From the NCBI GenBank assembly GCA_963767735.1, contig CAVYES010000006.1, positions 512,001 to 576,000 of the forward strand: a DNA stretch of 64,000 nucleotides. The letters are read 5' to 3'. The notes beneath the pieces were generated by a model, which saw nothing but the letters and a program-made list of their open reading frames with translations, was not told where the DNA came from and searched no databases. Origin of the DNA: Candidatus Bathyarchaeota archaeon (lineage in GTDB: Archaea; Thermoproteota; Bathyarchaeia; Bathyarchaeales; Bathycorpusculaceae). Below, piece by piece: positions 33,101 through 43,327 of the stretch. The number at the start of each line of letters is the position of its first letter. Position 1 is the stretch's first letter. Position numbers and translations under genes: made by a program.

Positions 33101-34000
33101 CTATCGACCATCGACACACTGATTAGCGATTGAGAGACATTCTTTTTCAAATTTTGAATAATTTATAGCTTCCGTCTCAATGACTTTTTCTTTTTTCTCT
33201 ATGTCCTTCATATTCAGTTGTATTGCAACGTCGATAGCATCTCGCGCTTCCAGTTTTGCTTCTGCCAACCTGTTCATGCAACCGTCACTTGCGTTTTCAC
33301 ATAAGCAGTTACCCTTACAAGGCAAGCCGTCAAGCTGCTCTTTCTCTCTTTTCTTTTTTATTTCTTTATTTGTTCCTTTTTGCACTAAAATCATAGTGCC
33401 ATAGCGCGTGCTCACAACATATTCCCGTGAGTCAAGTTTTCTCCACAAGTTCCAATCTGAGGACTCGACATTTGGTTCTTGCTTTGGATTATCGCTTAAC
33501 TCCTTAGGCAAACGTAAATTGCTCAAGTTAATGTAGTTTCCAATCATCGGTAGAACTGTGTTTAAAATTTCTGACGCTTCAGACCAATCGTAACTTTTCA
33601 AAACGTATGCTACTAAACTTCCCAAGCACCTGTTGAACTCGGAAATTGACTTAGCCCTATCAGTTGAGGCGTTAATTTTTTCCAATTCATCATGTAAAAA
33701 ACTACAGCTTAAAACCTTTAGAACTTGACTATTGACGATTTTAGACACTGTATATGATGAATGCTTGCCCTCGACGCTAATCTCGACGACCTTTTCTTCG
33801 TCTAACAATTCCGTTAAAAGTTTATTAAAATAGCTTTTTGCTAACCCGCTTTTCGTTTTTAAAACGGTGAATGAAGAGGGAACTTGCAACTCAATAAGGG
33901 CATCAATAATTTTATTCTTGGAAGCGGTTTTCGCCAATTCATCCTTTCTACATTTCTTTTCTTTTCTGATTTGCTTCTTAGTGAGTTTTTGCGTAATCAA
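33101..34000 (-). CDS. Winged-helix domain protein of the element
   Basis: KNKIIDAL..FTVLKTKSGLAKSYFNKLLTELLDEEKV wHTH pattern. Confidence 0.6.
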   Translation of the reverse strand: MITQKLTKKQIRKEKKCRKDELAKTASKNKIIDALIELQVPSSFTVLKTKSGLAKSYFNKLLTELLDEEKVVEISVEGKHSSYTVSKIVNSQVLKVLSCSFLHDELEKINASTDRAKSISEFNRCLGSLVAYVLKSYDWSEASEILNTVLPMIGNYINLSNLRLPKELSDNPKQEPNVESSDWNLWRKLDSREYVVSTRYGTMILVQKGTNKEIKKKREKEQLDGLPCKGNCLCENASDGCMNRLAEAKLEARDAIDVAIQLNMKDIEKKEKVIETEAINYSKFEKECLSIANQCVDGR

Positions 34001-34071
34001 CGTACCAACCTCTTATTTTAGTTCTGTCAACGTACTAATACTATTGCCTGTCCTTTAAGGCTATTGCTGTT

Positions 34072-34734
34072 GTGATAAATATGGGTAAAAAAGAACTTGA
34101 AAATGATAAACAAAAAACCACTGTTGACCTAATTGGTGAGCAGGGGTTACCATCAACAAACAACCTAAAACGAAGACACCTGGAAGGACTGACAAAAGAA
34201 GCAAAAGCCAGAAACACACCGCGCATAAACGTGATAAATGAAGCCTTTGACGATTTCCTTAGAAAAGTCAACGACGTTGCCGACATTGACCAAATGGATG
34301 CGGAAACAAGAAACTACTGGATAGAACGCGACCTTGCAATCGTAAAAGCAAGATTCCCACTTGAGAAATGCAAAGCGATGAATGCCTACAAAAAAGCCTA
34401 TTTGTACAAGAAACTTAAAGACAAAGCTGACCGTGAACGAGTAGGTTCCACACTTGGTTTAGCGAAAGACTGGGATGAATTAGACTTAACTATGGACATA
34501 CTTGGCAAAGCGGCGAATCGCAACAAAGACGGCGCAGTAATCGATTATTCATTACCTAAAATCGCTAATGAAATCCGCATTGAACTCTCGCAAATTCAGA
34601 TTGAATTTTTGGAGTTAATGTTAGGGCAGAAAGCAGTAGACGACATAAGAGCACGTGCAATAAGCAAATTTCCCTCTCTAAAGCTTGACGAAGAAGCAGA
34701 CGCAGATTTTCCAGTTGACGAAGAAACCAAATAA
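34072..34734 (+). CDS. Hypothetical protein, first of the element operon
   Basis: Long ORF closely followed by co-oriented ORFs. Confidence 0.65.
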   Translation: MINMGKKELENDKQKTTVDLIGEQGLPSTNNLKRRHLEGLTKEAKARNTPRINVINEAFDDFLRKVNDVADIDQMDAETRNYWIERDLAIVKARFPLEKCKAMNAYKKAYLYKKLKDKADRERVGSTLGLAKDWDELDLTMDILGKAANRNKDGAVIDYSLPKIANEIRIELSQIQIEFLELMLGQKAVDDIRARAISKFPSLKLDEEADADFPVDEETK

Positions 34735-34745
34735 GCTGTGATACC

Positions 34746-34970
34746 ATGCCTCAGCAAGACATAGCCAAACTAGGCAAAGCTGTTACTCAAAAAGTGACAA
34801 ACGGCTTGAAAGAAACAGCCATGACATACATCAAAGCCAATAAAACGGTCGTTATTCTTGCGGTAGCTGTCATTTTAGCCCTAATCCTAATTTGCTTATT
34901 GATGAGCAAACCACAGCCTAACCAAGAAATAGCGCCCTCTTTGGGAAAAGTCATCACTCAAACAAACTAA
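34746..34970 (+). CDS. Small single-TM protein
   Basis: VVILAVAVILALILICLL helix. Confidence 0.6.
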   Translation: MPQQDIAKLGKAVTQKVTNGLKETAMTYIKANKTVVILAVAVILALILICLLMSKPQPNQEIAPSLGKVITQTN

Positions 34971-34972
34971 AG

Positions 34973-36562
34973 GTGTCACTTACGAGTAACCGACAACTTG
35001 CAAGCCCAAAGACAAGACGAAGCGCAATAAAAACTGATGAAGACGTTGAACGCCTTTTTAAACCTCTACGAAAAGAGAAGCCAGAGCCAGCCAACGCACA
35101 AACTAACCCGTGGATGGTAAAACCATTCTTTGGCATAATTCGCGGAGATTTTCACCAAAGCAGTTTACCCCATGACCAACAAGTCGAAATAAAAAACGGA
35201 ATGCAGTTCGCTGACTACCTAAATATTTCAAAAAGAGAGTACATAAACTTAATTTATACGGACTTTCCCAATGGAGTTCCGAAAAGCTCCAAGACCCTTG
35301 CAGACGCAAAAGTAGCAGAATATAATAAAACACTTTGTCATCAATTCCTTCTCAAACATAAAGACTACGTTAACATAAAGACAGGCGAATGGTCAGAGCA
35401 AGGCGCAAGAATCGATAAGATGGGAAAATACCTATACAACAAATTTAAGCAAAAAGACCCCGCACTCTTTACTTTGGAAGACTTCGAACAAGCCAAAGCT
35501 GACCCGCACTTTTACACGACGCAGGGAAAACTGAAGTTTAGCCCCTTATCTGCTCTCCGATGCATCATGGCATACACAGCTTTGCAAGTTGAGGATTCAC
35601 CGCTATCTAAGAAGCATTTTCAGTTTGTTGACGGCGACCAATGGGATACAACAGGGCTAAAAAACATCGGCGGTAAAAAAGGCGAATATCTACAAGAAGA
35701 GGAATTAAGGCGCTTTGTTCAAGCAATCAACGAACCCGATGCCCTCGTTATGCACCGAGTAGCTTTAGAAGGCGGCGGCAGAATAAGCAGCGAACTATTG
35801 ATTGGAACCCGCCTACCTAACGGCTATCGATGCGAACCCAACTTTGAACAAAACTATCTGAACATGTTCGAGCCAAAGGTTGAGAAAAGCAAGACAGGAG
35901 GCAAAGTTCAACGGTACTTTGTACCTAAAACAATGCTGTTCTTCATGCGGTACACAAAAGATTTTTCTAAGAAAATAGAAGAGAACGGCGGACAATGGTT
36001 TAAACGCTGGGCTTCAGAGGAGCACAACTACAGCAGCTATAATAGCAGCATCAAAGCAGCGGGGTTACGAGCGGGGCTTTGGCATTTTAAAACAGCGAAT
36101 AAAGGGCAAGCACTTGGAGACGGGGAACACTTAGCACCTGACAGTCGAGTTTACACGCTTGAAGAAGTCGCCAACAACGAAAAAGGCACTATTGACTATC
36201 GCAAAAAATGGGTAATAGAAGGCAAATTGACGACATCGCACACGGTAGGCAAACATACGTTCGTTAGTCTCGCGGGGCTTCACGGCATAAGCCTTGACGA
36301 ATGTTCCGACCAATGCGGCACTGACCCAACAACAATCAAAGACTTCTATCATGGCACGCTGGGGGATAAACGTCGAGCATCAATCTTAGGCGAAAAAACC
36401 TTTGAAACTTGGCGGGATTGGATAGAAAAGGAAGGCGGAATCGATGAGCTATACAATAAACGCTATGACGAATTGCTGAAGCAAAACAAAGCAGCCGTTG
36501 ACCTCAACGCAGTCGCACAAGAAGAGGCAGCCATGACAGAGCTTGCAGAGGATGAAGAGTAA
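34973..36562 (+). CDS. Divergent tyrosine recombinase/integrase
   Basis: LEGGGRISSEL (Arg box), KVEK, SHTVGKHTFVS (HxxR-like), QCGTDPTTIKDFY (Tyr box). Confidence 0.7.
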   Translation: MSLTSNRQLASPKTRRSAIKTDEDVERLFKPLRKEKPEPANAQTNPWMVKPFFGIIRGDFHQSSLPHDQQVEIKNGMQFADYLNISKREYINLIYTDFPNGVPKSSKTLADAKVAEYNKTLCHQFLLKHKDYVNIKTGEWSEQGARIDKMGKYLYNKFKQKDPALFTLEDFEQAKADPHFYTTQGKLKFSPLSALRCIMAYTALQVEDSPLSKKHFQFVDGDQWDTTGLKNIGGKKGEYLQEEELRRFVQAINEPDALVMHRVALEGGGRISSELLIGTRLPNGYRCEPNFEQNYLNMFEPKVEKSKTGGKVQRYFVPKTMLFFMRYTKDFSKKIEENGGQWFKRWASEEHNYSSYNSSIKAAGLRAGLWHFKTANKGQALGDGEHLAPDSRVYTLEEVANNEKGTIDYRKKWVIEGKLTTSHTVGKHTFVSLAGLHGISLDECSDQCGTDPTTIKDFYHGTLGDKRRASILGEKTFETWRDWIEKEGGIDELYNKRYDELLKQNKAAVDLNAVAQEEAAMTELAEDEE

Positions 36563-36635
36563 TGTGCAGCCTTCAATGGGTAACAACAAAGAAAAAACGG
36601 GTTGGATTGCCAACCTACCCTTTTTCTAATCAACG

Positions 36636-37346
36636 GTGATTTTCATGGTTGAAAAGAACCCACAGCCAAAACCTACTAAGCTGGGAATAAGCCTCCGCCC
36701 CGAAGATGCTGAGCTATTAGACCAAGTAAAAACCGACAAGAACCTGTTTAGCCGAAAAGACGCCCTGCATGTGATTTTCGATAAATGGCGAGGTACCGCC
36801 AAAGACGAAGCAAAACAAGAAACCCCAGAGATAGATTGCGAGTTTTTCCTTTCCGCAAATAAAAAATTGTACTGCGTTTATGAATCCTATGGTCGCCATC
36901 GCCCATTAATTTCAGCCGAAGAATGCAGCAAATGTAAAATTCACTTATGGAAACTTCCCCAGAAAACTAAGGTCATTCCACGGTGCCCGAAAACAACAGG
37001 ACTCTATAACCCTGACCTCTGTAATGCTTGTTTCCAACAAGAACCGACAACCTTCGCAAACTGTGAGACACAACAATTTTTCAGGTCAAAAGAACCGAAA
37101 GCAGAAACCCGCAAAATCGAAAAAGAGCAGCCTTCACCAAAAACTGACGAAATCGAAAGACTCACGGAAAAGGAAAGAATAAAGACTGAAGCACTTAAGG
37201 AACGAACAAGCATCGCGCTTGAAGCTAAAAAAGAAGAGGCGAAACTAAAGCGTACTCAGCATTCTTTCAGTGGAAAACCGAGAGTTGATTGGGGCGATTC
37301 TTACGCTGATACCTCTTCTCTTGGCGACGGCTACAGAGGGTACTAA
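36636..37346 (+). CDS. RHH-like N-terminus plus Cys-rich region
   Basis: KLGISLRPEDAELLDQVK; several Cys residues including CxxC. Confidence 0.55.
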   Translation: MIFMVEKNPQPKPTKLGISLRPEDAELLDQVKTDKNLFSRKDALHVIFDKWRGTAKDEAKQETPEIDCEFFLSANKKLYCVYESYGRHRPLISAEECSKCKIHLWKLPQKTKVIPRCPKTTGLYNPDLCNACFQQEPTTFANCETQQFFRSKEPKAETRKIEKEQPSPKTDEIERLTEKERIKTEALKERTSIALEAKKEEAKLKRTQHSFSGKPRVDWGDSYADTSSLGDGYRGY

Positions 37347-37348
37347 GC

Positions 37349-37981
37349 ATGACTGAAGAACCCAGCGCCCAGCCCATAGAACCCGAAGCCGAAACCGAGC
37401 CAAAAACCGTGTCAATGGGAATACGTTTCACTAAAGCCGACTTAGATGTTATAGACGCTGTCAGAGGAGAGCGAACAAAAACTCAATACGCACACGACGC
37501 AGTTGTTATGTGGAGCGCGCTTGAAAGATTATTAGCGCCGTATTTGCCGACAATGGCAATAGACCCCAAAGGCAGAACAGCACCGCTTTTAATTTGCGAC
37601 GCATTGGAGTTTTATCTCCAACCCGTAACCAACCCGCCAACATGGAACGTGAGAAAAGGCACTGAGACCATTGAACAGCTTAAAGACCTTAACGAATTAG
37701 CTAAGCTATTTGTTGACCCCGCAGAGGCAGACAAATATCGCGGAAACTCCACTTTAGCGGAATTTGTTAGCGAAAGCGTAACCGCCCAGCTTAAGGTTGC
37801 TAAGATGCTTGAAACCGAGAAGAAAAAACGGGCAGTAGTTTTAAAGCATGATTGCGGCGAAAAATACGACGTACTCCATAGCGGCAATGACGTGTTTTTG
37901 ACTTGCGTCAAGTGCCATAAAAGCGAGAAGTTGACGAAAGAAGCCTATGAGCAGTGGCTAACCGAGGCGGCGAAAGCATGA
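37349..37981 (+). CDS. RHH-like protein with C-terminal Zn ribbon
   Basis: SMGIRFTKADLDVIDAVRGERTKTQYAHDAV; HDCG..CVKC. Confidence 0.55.
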   Translation: MTEEPSAQPIEPEAETEPKTVSMGIRFTKADLDVIDAVRGERTKTQYAHDAVVMWSALERLLAPYLPTMAIDPKGRTAPLLICDALEFYLQPVTNPPTWNVRKGTETIEQLKDLNELAKLFVDPAEADKYRGNSTLAEFVSESVTAQLKVAKMLETEKKKRAVVLKHDCGEKYDVLHSGNDVFLTCVKCHKSEKLTKEAYEQWLTEAAKA

Positions 37982-38793
37982 CTACCCAAGAGAACCCAAT
38001 GAAATATCTGCTCTTAGTTCCCCTTCACAACAGCGCGCATCTTTTGCCCTTTTTCTTCGCATCGCTTAGAAGCATGAACCCGAAACCCGACTATATCGTA
38101 TGGTATCCCAACAACAACATAGACGACACAGTTCAAACGCTAAAGACCTTCCAAGATATTCCGTCAGAAATCATTGAATACCCTGATTTTCCGAGTGATT
38201 TCGCCAAAAAAAACGGTGCATTTGAAGCTATAAGCGTTGTTCGTCAGCGTCTTTGGGAACGTGCCCGAGAACTCAATAGCGAATGGACTTTTATGTGCGA
38301 CCAAGACCACTTTACCGTTTCACCTGACCTAATCGACATACTAAGCACTTGGAACGTTGACTTTGTAGTTACTCCCCAGATGCGTTATTGCCTTAATACT
38401 AACCCGCCAGAAATAAGTTTAGACGCATGGTATTCTCTGAATGGAAAGGTAATGAAAGCGCATCCCAAGTTTTACAGTCATGACCTAATTCCTCAAAAAC
38501 TAACAGTTTGTCGCATCGCGGAAGTACCAAGAATGCCTCTTATGCCAAACATGAAATTAGTGCATGGATTTTACTGTTTCAGCCGTCGATTTGTACAAGA
38601 CCGTCGTCAAAATTGGAATCCTATGCTACCGACCGACTCGATTTATTATAGTGACGATACAGCATTTGCTTACAGCGCCCGAAAACTCGGTTATAACATT
38701 CACATGGATGGCATTGGCATTATCGACCATCTTATCTATGACGGAATTAGAGGGAAAGAAGTTTGGGAGCATCGATATTGTCTAAAACAATGA
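37978..38793 (+). CDS. GT-A fold (GT2-like) glycosyltransferase
   Basis: LLLVPLHN, NNNIDDT, FMCDQD (DxD), SDDTAF; ATG overlaps the upstream TGA. Confidence 0.7.
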   Translation: MTTQENPMKYLLLVPLHNSAHLLPFFFASLRSMNPKPDYIVWYPNNNIDDTVQTLKTFQDIPSEIIEYPDFPSDFAKKNGAFEAISVVRQRLWERARELNSEWTFMCDQDHFTVSPDLIDILSTWNVDFVVTPQMRYCLNTNPPEISLDAWYSLNGKVMKAHPKFYSHDLIPQKLTVCRIAEVPRMPLMPNMKLVHGFYCFSRRFVQDRRQNWNPMLPTDSIYYSDDTAFAYSARKLGYNIHMDGIGIIDHLIYDGIRGKEVWEHRYCLKQ

Positions 38794-38843
38794 CCCCGAT
38801 AGTTTCCCAAAGGCTTTAAAGCCCAAACAACCTATTTCTTTTT

Positions 38844-39230
38844 ATGGTTCAAGAAGAAAACGAGTTTAAAGAAGTAGTTTTTGAAGTATGCTCTAAGTGT
38901 AGTCAATGTGGTTCCGTGTTGAGAGCTTACGATAAAAATTCAAAGCAAACTCGCTGTTATAAATGCAATAAAAAACAACCTAATTCTCGCATTGACATCG
39001 AGAGCCTTCCCTTTGAGCCTAACCCACCTGACTTATCGTATCTTGAAGAAAAAATAACTTTGACAAATTTACATCCGTTTCGCCGTCAAGGTTTATCATG
39101 CCGTTGTTGTGGTAGCAAAAACGAGATGCTTTGGATTGAAGGAAAAACTGTTTATTTAATCTGCGCTGATTGCAAAAAGGATAAGGGAAAAGAGCCTTTC
39201 ATTGAAGGCAAACTATTGATTGAAAAATGA
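38844..39230 (+). CDS. Zinc-finger protein
   Basis: Multiple CxxC pairs. Confidence 0.55.
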   Translation: MVQEENEFKEVVFEVCSKCSQCGSVLRAYDKNSKQTRCYKCNKKQPNSRIDIESLPFEPNPPDLSYLEEKITLTNLHPFRRQGLSCRCCGSKNEMLWIEGKTVYLICADCKKDKGKEPFIEGKLLIEK

Positions 39231-39333
39231 GGGGATACCCTTTAAGCCCTGCGGGGCACTTCTTTTGAAATGTTTAAGAAAGTGTTCACCCTCCCGAAAA
39301 AAAGCTAAAAAATACGCAACAACAAAATAGGCT

Positions 39334-40494
39334 TTAGAATAAAAGTGTGCAATAAGCTACTTCTGGAACTGTTGGGGATGGGGAAGCAGTTGTAGCAGTG
39401 TTTATCACCGAGACCGTACCGCTGCCTACATTTGTGACATAGGCATATGCGCCGTCAGGCGTTATGGCCACACCACTAGGAGCATTTAAACCGGTTACAT
39501 TCGCCGTCACCGTATTAGTCGCAGTGCTGATCACTGAGACCGTAGTGCCGCCGGAATTTGGGACATAGGCGTATGCGCCGTCAAGCGTTATAGCCACACC
39601 AGTAGGAATGCTTCCTACGGTTACTGTCGTCGTCACTGTATTCGTTGCAGTGTTTATCACCGAGACCGAACCGCCTCCGGAGTTTGCAACATAAACGTAT
39701 GCTCCGTTGGGTGTTACAGCCAAACCAACAGGAGTGCTTCCAACGGTTACTGTCGCCGTTACCGTGTTCGTAGCTGTGTTTATCACCGAGACCGTGCCGC
39801 TGCCTACATTTGTAACATAGGCGTATGCGTCGTCAGGCGTTACACGAACACCACTAGGACTGCTTAAACCGGTTATCGTCGCAGTCACCGAATTCGACGA
39901 GGTGTTTATCACCGAGACCGTGCCGCTGCCGTAATTTGCAACATAAACATAATCGCTGTTGGGCGTTACAGCGACACCATGAGGACTGGTTCCAACGGTT
40001 ACTGTCGCCGTTACCGTGTTCGTAGCTGTGTTTATCACCGAGACCGTGCCGCTGCCGTAATTTGCAACATAAACATAATCGCCGTTGGGCGTCACAACAA
40101 CACCCGTAGGACTGGTTCCAACGGTTACTGTCGCCGTTACCGTGTTCGTAGCAGTACTTATCACCGAGACCGTATCACTGCCTCCGGAGTTTGCAACATA
40201 AACGTATGCTCCGTTAGGCGTTACAGCCATACCAGTTGGACCGTTTAAACCGGTTACTGTCGCCGTCACCGTATTAATAGCTTGAACTGGCTGAGGCAAC
40301 AAAACGAAAGCACAGATTAAGAAGGAGATGAGGAGAAGGACGCAGCTAACCCTCAGAGTCTTGGTTATCCCTTTCGCCATTCTTTCATTTAGCGCGTGCG
40401 CTGTGCTGTTTTTATTTATTATTTTTCCGTTCATCTTTTTCACCTCCCTTCGGTGGTGCATAGAATAGTCTTGCGTAATCCACTTCTGATTCAC
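39334..40494 (-). CDS. YVTN beta-propeller surface protein, C-terminally truncated by the insertion
   Basis: Signal peptide, seven YVxN..TVSVINTATNTV repeats; ends PTVPE then VAYCTLLF read from element DNA. Confidence 0.9.
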   Translation of the reverse strand: MNQKWITQDYSMHHRREVKKMNGKIINKNSTAHALNERMAKGITKTLRVSCVLLLISFLICAFVLLPQPVQAINTVTATVTGLNGPTGMAVTPNGAYVYVANSGGSDTVSVISTATNTVTATVTVGTSPTGVVVTPNGDYVYVANYGSGTVSVINTATNTVTATVTVGTSPHGVAVTPNSDYVYVANYGSGTVSVINTSSNSVTATITGLSSPSGVRVTPDDAYAYVTNVGSGTVSVINTATNTVTATVTVGSTPVGLAVTPNGAYVYVANSGGGSVSVINTATNTVTTTVTVGSIPTGVAITLDGAYAYVPNSGGTTVSVISTATNTVTANVTGLNAPSGVAITPDGAYAYVTNVGSGTVSVINTATTASPSPTVPEVAYCTLLF

Positions 40495-40661
40495 TTATGA
40501 GCTAAATTAGAAAACAACTTGGTCTGATAAAGAATTTGCGTGAAACGTTTCTGTCAAAAACCAAAATGTTCCTCTTGGCTTGAACCATACGTTTAGCATG
40601 CAATTTGGAAAAATCCATAAATAACGGCAATTATATAAATTCATGCTTAAGCTGAGTTTCA

Positions 40662-40835
40662 ATGACCAAGAACAACAACCAAGAAAACTATGTTACTCTC
40701 AAGGTGCCTAAAGCATTGGCAGACGAAATAGACCAACTTATCGCGTCTGGTACGCTTGGTTACAGAAGCCGAGCTGAAATGGTAAATGACGCCATAAGAC
40801 ATAGAATAGAAGAACTTTTAGTTCAAAAGAAATAG
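40662..40835 (+). CDS. CopG/RHH regulator, 57 aa
   Basis: YVTLKVPKALADEIDQLI..GYRSRAEMVNDAIR; TTATATA promoter box upstream. Confidence 0.8.
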   Translation: MTKNNNQENYVTLKVPKALADEIDQLIASGTLGYRSRAEMVNDAIRHRIEELLVQKK

Positions 40836-41354
40836 AATATGATTAGCTAAGTTTATTTCTATTCTGTAAAATCATTAAACGGTAGGGCTTTTGCCGAGTA
40901 CGTTCTAAGGTCTAGTTCTCTTCTATTGTCTAATTAATATCGATACTGCTTATCTGGTTACTTTAAGGCAAAAAAGCATTTACTGAGGTGATTTGATTAG
41001 TGAAGAAAAATTTGATAGCGAAGGTTTCGAGAAACTTAAAGCTGCATTCAACGAGTACGAGGCAGAGCAAAAAGAGCGTTTCAAAAACTCCAGCGTAGGC
41101 CTCCTAAAAAGTAGCAAAGCTCCGCAGGAGGCTAATGCACGCATTCATTGACGCGGTGAGGAATGGATTGAATGTTTGATTACAATTAATTTCATTCGAA
41201 TAAAGAGGCGAGCCCACTTGGACTTGAACTCAAGTGGGGTCTCAGTCTAATAGGACATTTCGGTAAAATGTTTAGGCGCGCACTTTCATAGAGGGCCAAA
41301 TTTCGCGTTTATTTTCTTGCTGCCAAAAAAATGTTGACCTAAGGCAAAGCTTAT

Positions 41355-41978
41355 TTGTCGGTCACTACTTTTTCCAAAAGCATGATTTTACAAAGAACAT
41401 TTTATGAAAGAGACGTCATAACAGTTGCGAAAGAGTTGTTAGGAAAAATAATAGTGCATGAACAGCCTGAAGCTGTGACTGCTGGCAGAATAGTTGAGAC
41501 TGAAGCGTACATGGGTCCTGAAGATCAGGCTGCGCATAGTTATGGTGGTCGCAGAACGGCAAGGAACGAGGTTATGTATGGAGAGAAAGGACATGCCTAC
41601 GTTTATTTTGTTTATGGAATGTATTTCTGCATTAATATTACTGCTGGGAATTCGCCTGGGAAGCCTGAGGCAGTTCTACTGCGAGCCCTTGAGCCAGTGG
41701 CTGGTGAGGAAGTAATGGCTAAACGCAGGCGAGTTGTTCCAGGAAAAATTGCTAACCTGACCAATGGTCCCGGACGGCTTTGCATGGCGATGGGCATAAC
41801 GAAGGAGCACAACAAAATGGAGGTCACAACTCCACCTTTGTACGTTAAAGATGCCACACCTGTTCCTCAAGAGGAAATTGTTCAAACAACTCGTATAGGC
41901 GTGGCATATGCGGGAAAATGGAAGGAAGAGCCATGGCGATTTTACATGAGAGGAAACGAGTATGTCTCAGTGAAGTAA
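41355..41978 (+). CDS. mpg: DNA-3-methyladenine glycosylase
   Basis: GRIVETEAY, AYVYFVYGMY, AVLLRALEP, NGPGRLC, RIGV..PWRF. Confidence 0.93.
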   Translation: MSVTTFSKSMILQRTFYERDVITVAKELLGKIIVHEQPEAVTAGRIVETEAYMGPEDQAAHSYGGRRTARNEVMYGEKGHAYVYFVYGMYFCINITAGNSPGKPEAVLLRALEPVAGEEVMAKRRRVVPGKIANLTNGPGRLCMAMGITKEHNKMEVTTPPLYVKDATPVPQEEIVQTTRIGVAYAGKWKEEPWRFYMRGNEYVSVK

Positions 41979-42195
41979 TCGCTTTGAACTCTTTCCTTCA
42001 CCATTGGGCAACTACAAGTTCACCGTTAGAAGCAGGATTTAATTTCATGCGCATCCCACACAAAAATTTGGAATATTCACATCAGTTTATTCGGAAACCA
42101 ATATTTTTTCTTTAGACCACCATACTTGTCTGTCACAAAGCTTAAGAGAAATCGTCTCTTCATAAATGTATCAACCTATCATGGGGAGGTTGTTT

Positions 42196-42552
42196 ATGCC
42201 TATTCTTTTGAAACGCGCTTACATAAAACCAGATGTTGATGATGGCGAACGGATTCTGGTGGAACGGCTTTGGCCTAGGGGTTTAAAGAAGGAGAACGCT
42301 AAGGTTGATGAGTGGTTGAAGGATGCGGCGCCGAGCAGCGAGTTGAGAAAGTGGTATGGGCATGACCCAGCTAAATGGCTTGAATTTAAGACGCGGTACT
42401 GGTCTGAGCTAAAAGAGAAAAAGGATGTTGTTGAAAAGCTAAGGGTTGAATCTGCCAGCCACACGGTGACGTTTCTTTTCGGTTCTAGGGAAGAGAAACT
42501 AAACAGTGCAGCCGCCTTAAAAGAATACATAGAAGCTAAGTTTTCCAAATAA
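42196..42552 (+). CDS. DUF488 (YeaO-like) protein
   Basis: KRAY..DDGERILVERLWPRGL..APSSELRKWYGHD; GGAGG RBS before 42196. Confidence 0.88.
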   Translation: MPILLKRAYIKPDVDDGERILVERLWPRGLKKENAKVDEWLKDAAPSSELRKWYGHDPAKWLEFKTRYWSELKEKKDVVEKLRVESASHTVTFLFGSREEKLNSAAALKEYIEAKFSK

Positions 42553-42714
42553 TTTGTGCCCTTAGAAATCGATTAGGCCGGGAGCCTTACCGTCACGTTT
42601 GAAGGTGTTGTAGTTGGTAGGTAATTAAAACAAACTGTAGCTTTGGAGAGGGGCAATTAATTTTTGGTCATCGTTAATAATGTTTATCTGTGTATGTGTA
42701 CACATACATTGAGT

Positions 42715-42954
42715 ATGGGTACCAAAACCATTTCCATAACAGAAGAGGCATATAATGCGTTGTTGCGTGAAAAAATATACGGGGAAAGCTTCACAGAAAC
42801 CATACTCCGCATTACAAAAAAAACTGGCAAAATTGAAGATTGTTTCGGGTCGTGGAAGATGACAGATACTGAGGAAGAAGCCATCTATAGCGAGCTTTCG
42901 AAAGGATGGCAATTAACACAAGAGCGAATAACCAATGAGATGCCTCGACACTGA
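42715..42954 (+). CDS. VapB-type antitoxin (DUF217-like)
   Basis: MGTKTISITEEAYNAL..GESFTETILRI; overlaps a PIN gene. Confidence 0.85.
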   Translation: MGTKTISITEEAYNALLREKIYGESFTETILRITKKTGKIEDCFGSWKMTDTEEEAIYSELSKGWQLTQERITNEMPRH

Positions 42955-43327
42955 CTTGCTTGTCTCTATCTTGCGCGGTGAGGACGAAGCACGAAAAATA
43001 GTTGTCGAACTCGACGAAGAAGCTAAAGGCGCAACGACATCAATCAACGCCTTTGAAATCTTTTTCGGCGCGTACAAATCGGAGAGAAAAGACGAAAACG
43101 TAAAGGAAACCACAAAACTACTCAAAAGACTAATGGTTTTTTCCTTGGACCTTTCATCCGCTCAACGAGTCGCTCAAATATCTGCGACACTTGCCGCAAG
43201 CGGAGAAACAATTGACTTTAGAGACGCAATGATAGCTGCAATAGCCTTGGATAACAACTTGACACTTATTACTCGTAACAAAGCCCACTTCAAAAGAGTA
43301 AAAAACTTGAAGATAGAAGAATGGTAA
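42935..43327 (+). CDS. vapC: VapC PIN-domain toxin
   Basis: LDTD, E, DAMIAAIA, LITRNKAHF. Confidence 0.9.
   Translation: MRCLDTDLLVSILRGEDEARKIVVELDEEAKGATTSINAFEIFFGAYKSERKDENVKETTKLLKRLMVFSLDLSSAQRVAQISATLAASGETIDFRDAMIAAIALDNNLTLITRNKAHFKRVKNLKIEEW

Larger units (their letters stand above)
31766..39368. mobile_element. 7.6 kb integrative element with divergent tyrosine recombinase, inserted in PEF codons
   Basis: TTCTGGAA direct repeat at 31766-31773 and 39361-39368; excision restores the ORF; GTGTGCA motifs at both ends. Confidence 0.88.

Noticed and set aside
34973-36562. This recombinase as the integrase of the tRNA-Ser array
   Set aside because: It lies in a nested element with its own TTCTGGAA core and different arm motifs; action in trans is not excluded but is unsupported
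39370-40280. ~126 bp near-identical tandem repeats that might suggest a CRISPR array
   Set aside because: They are in-frame 42 aa YVTN propeller blades of one ORF, with no unique spacers
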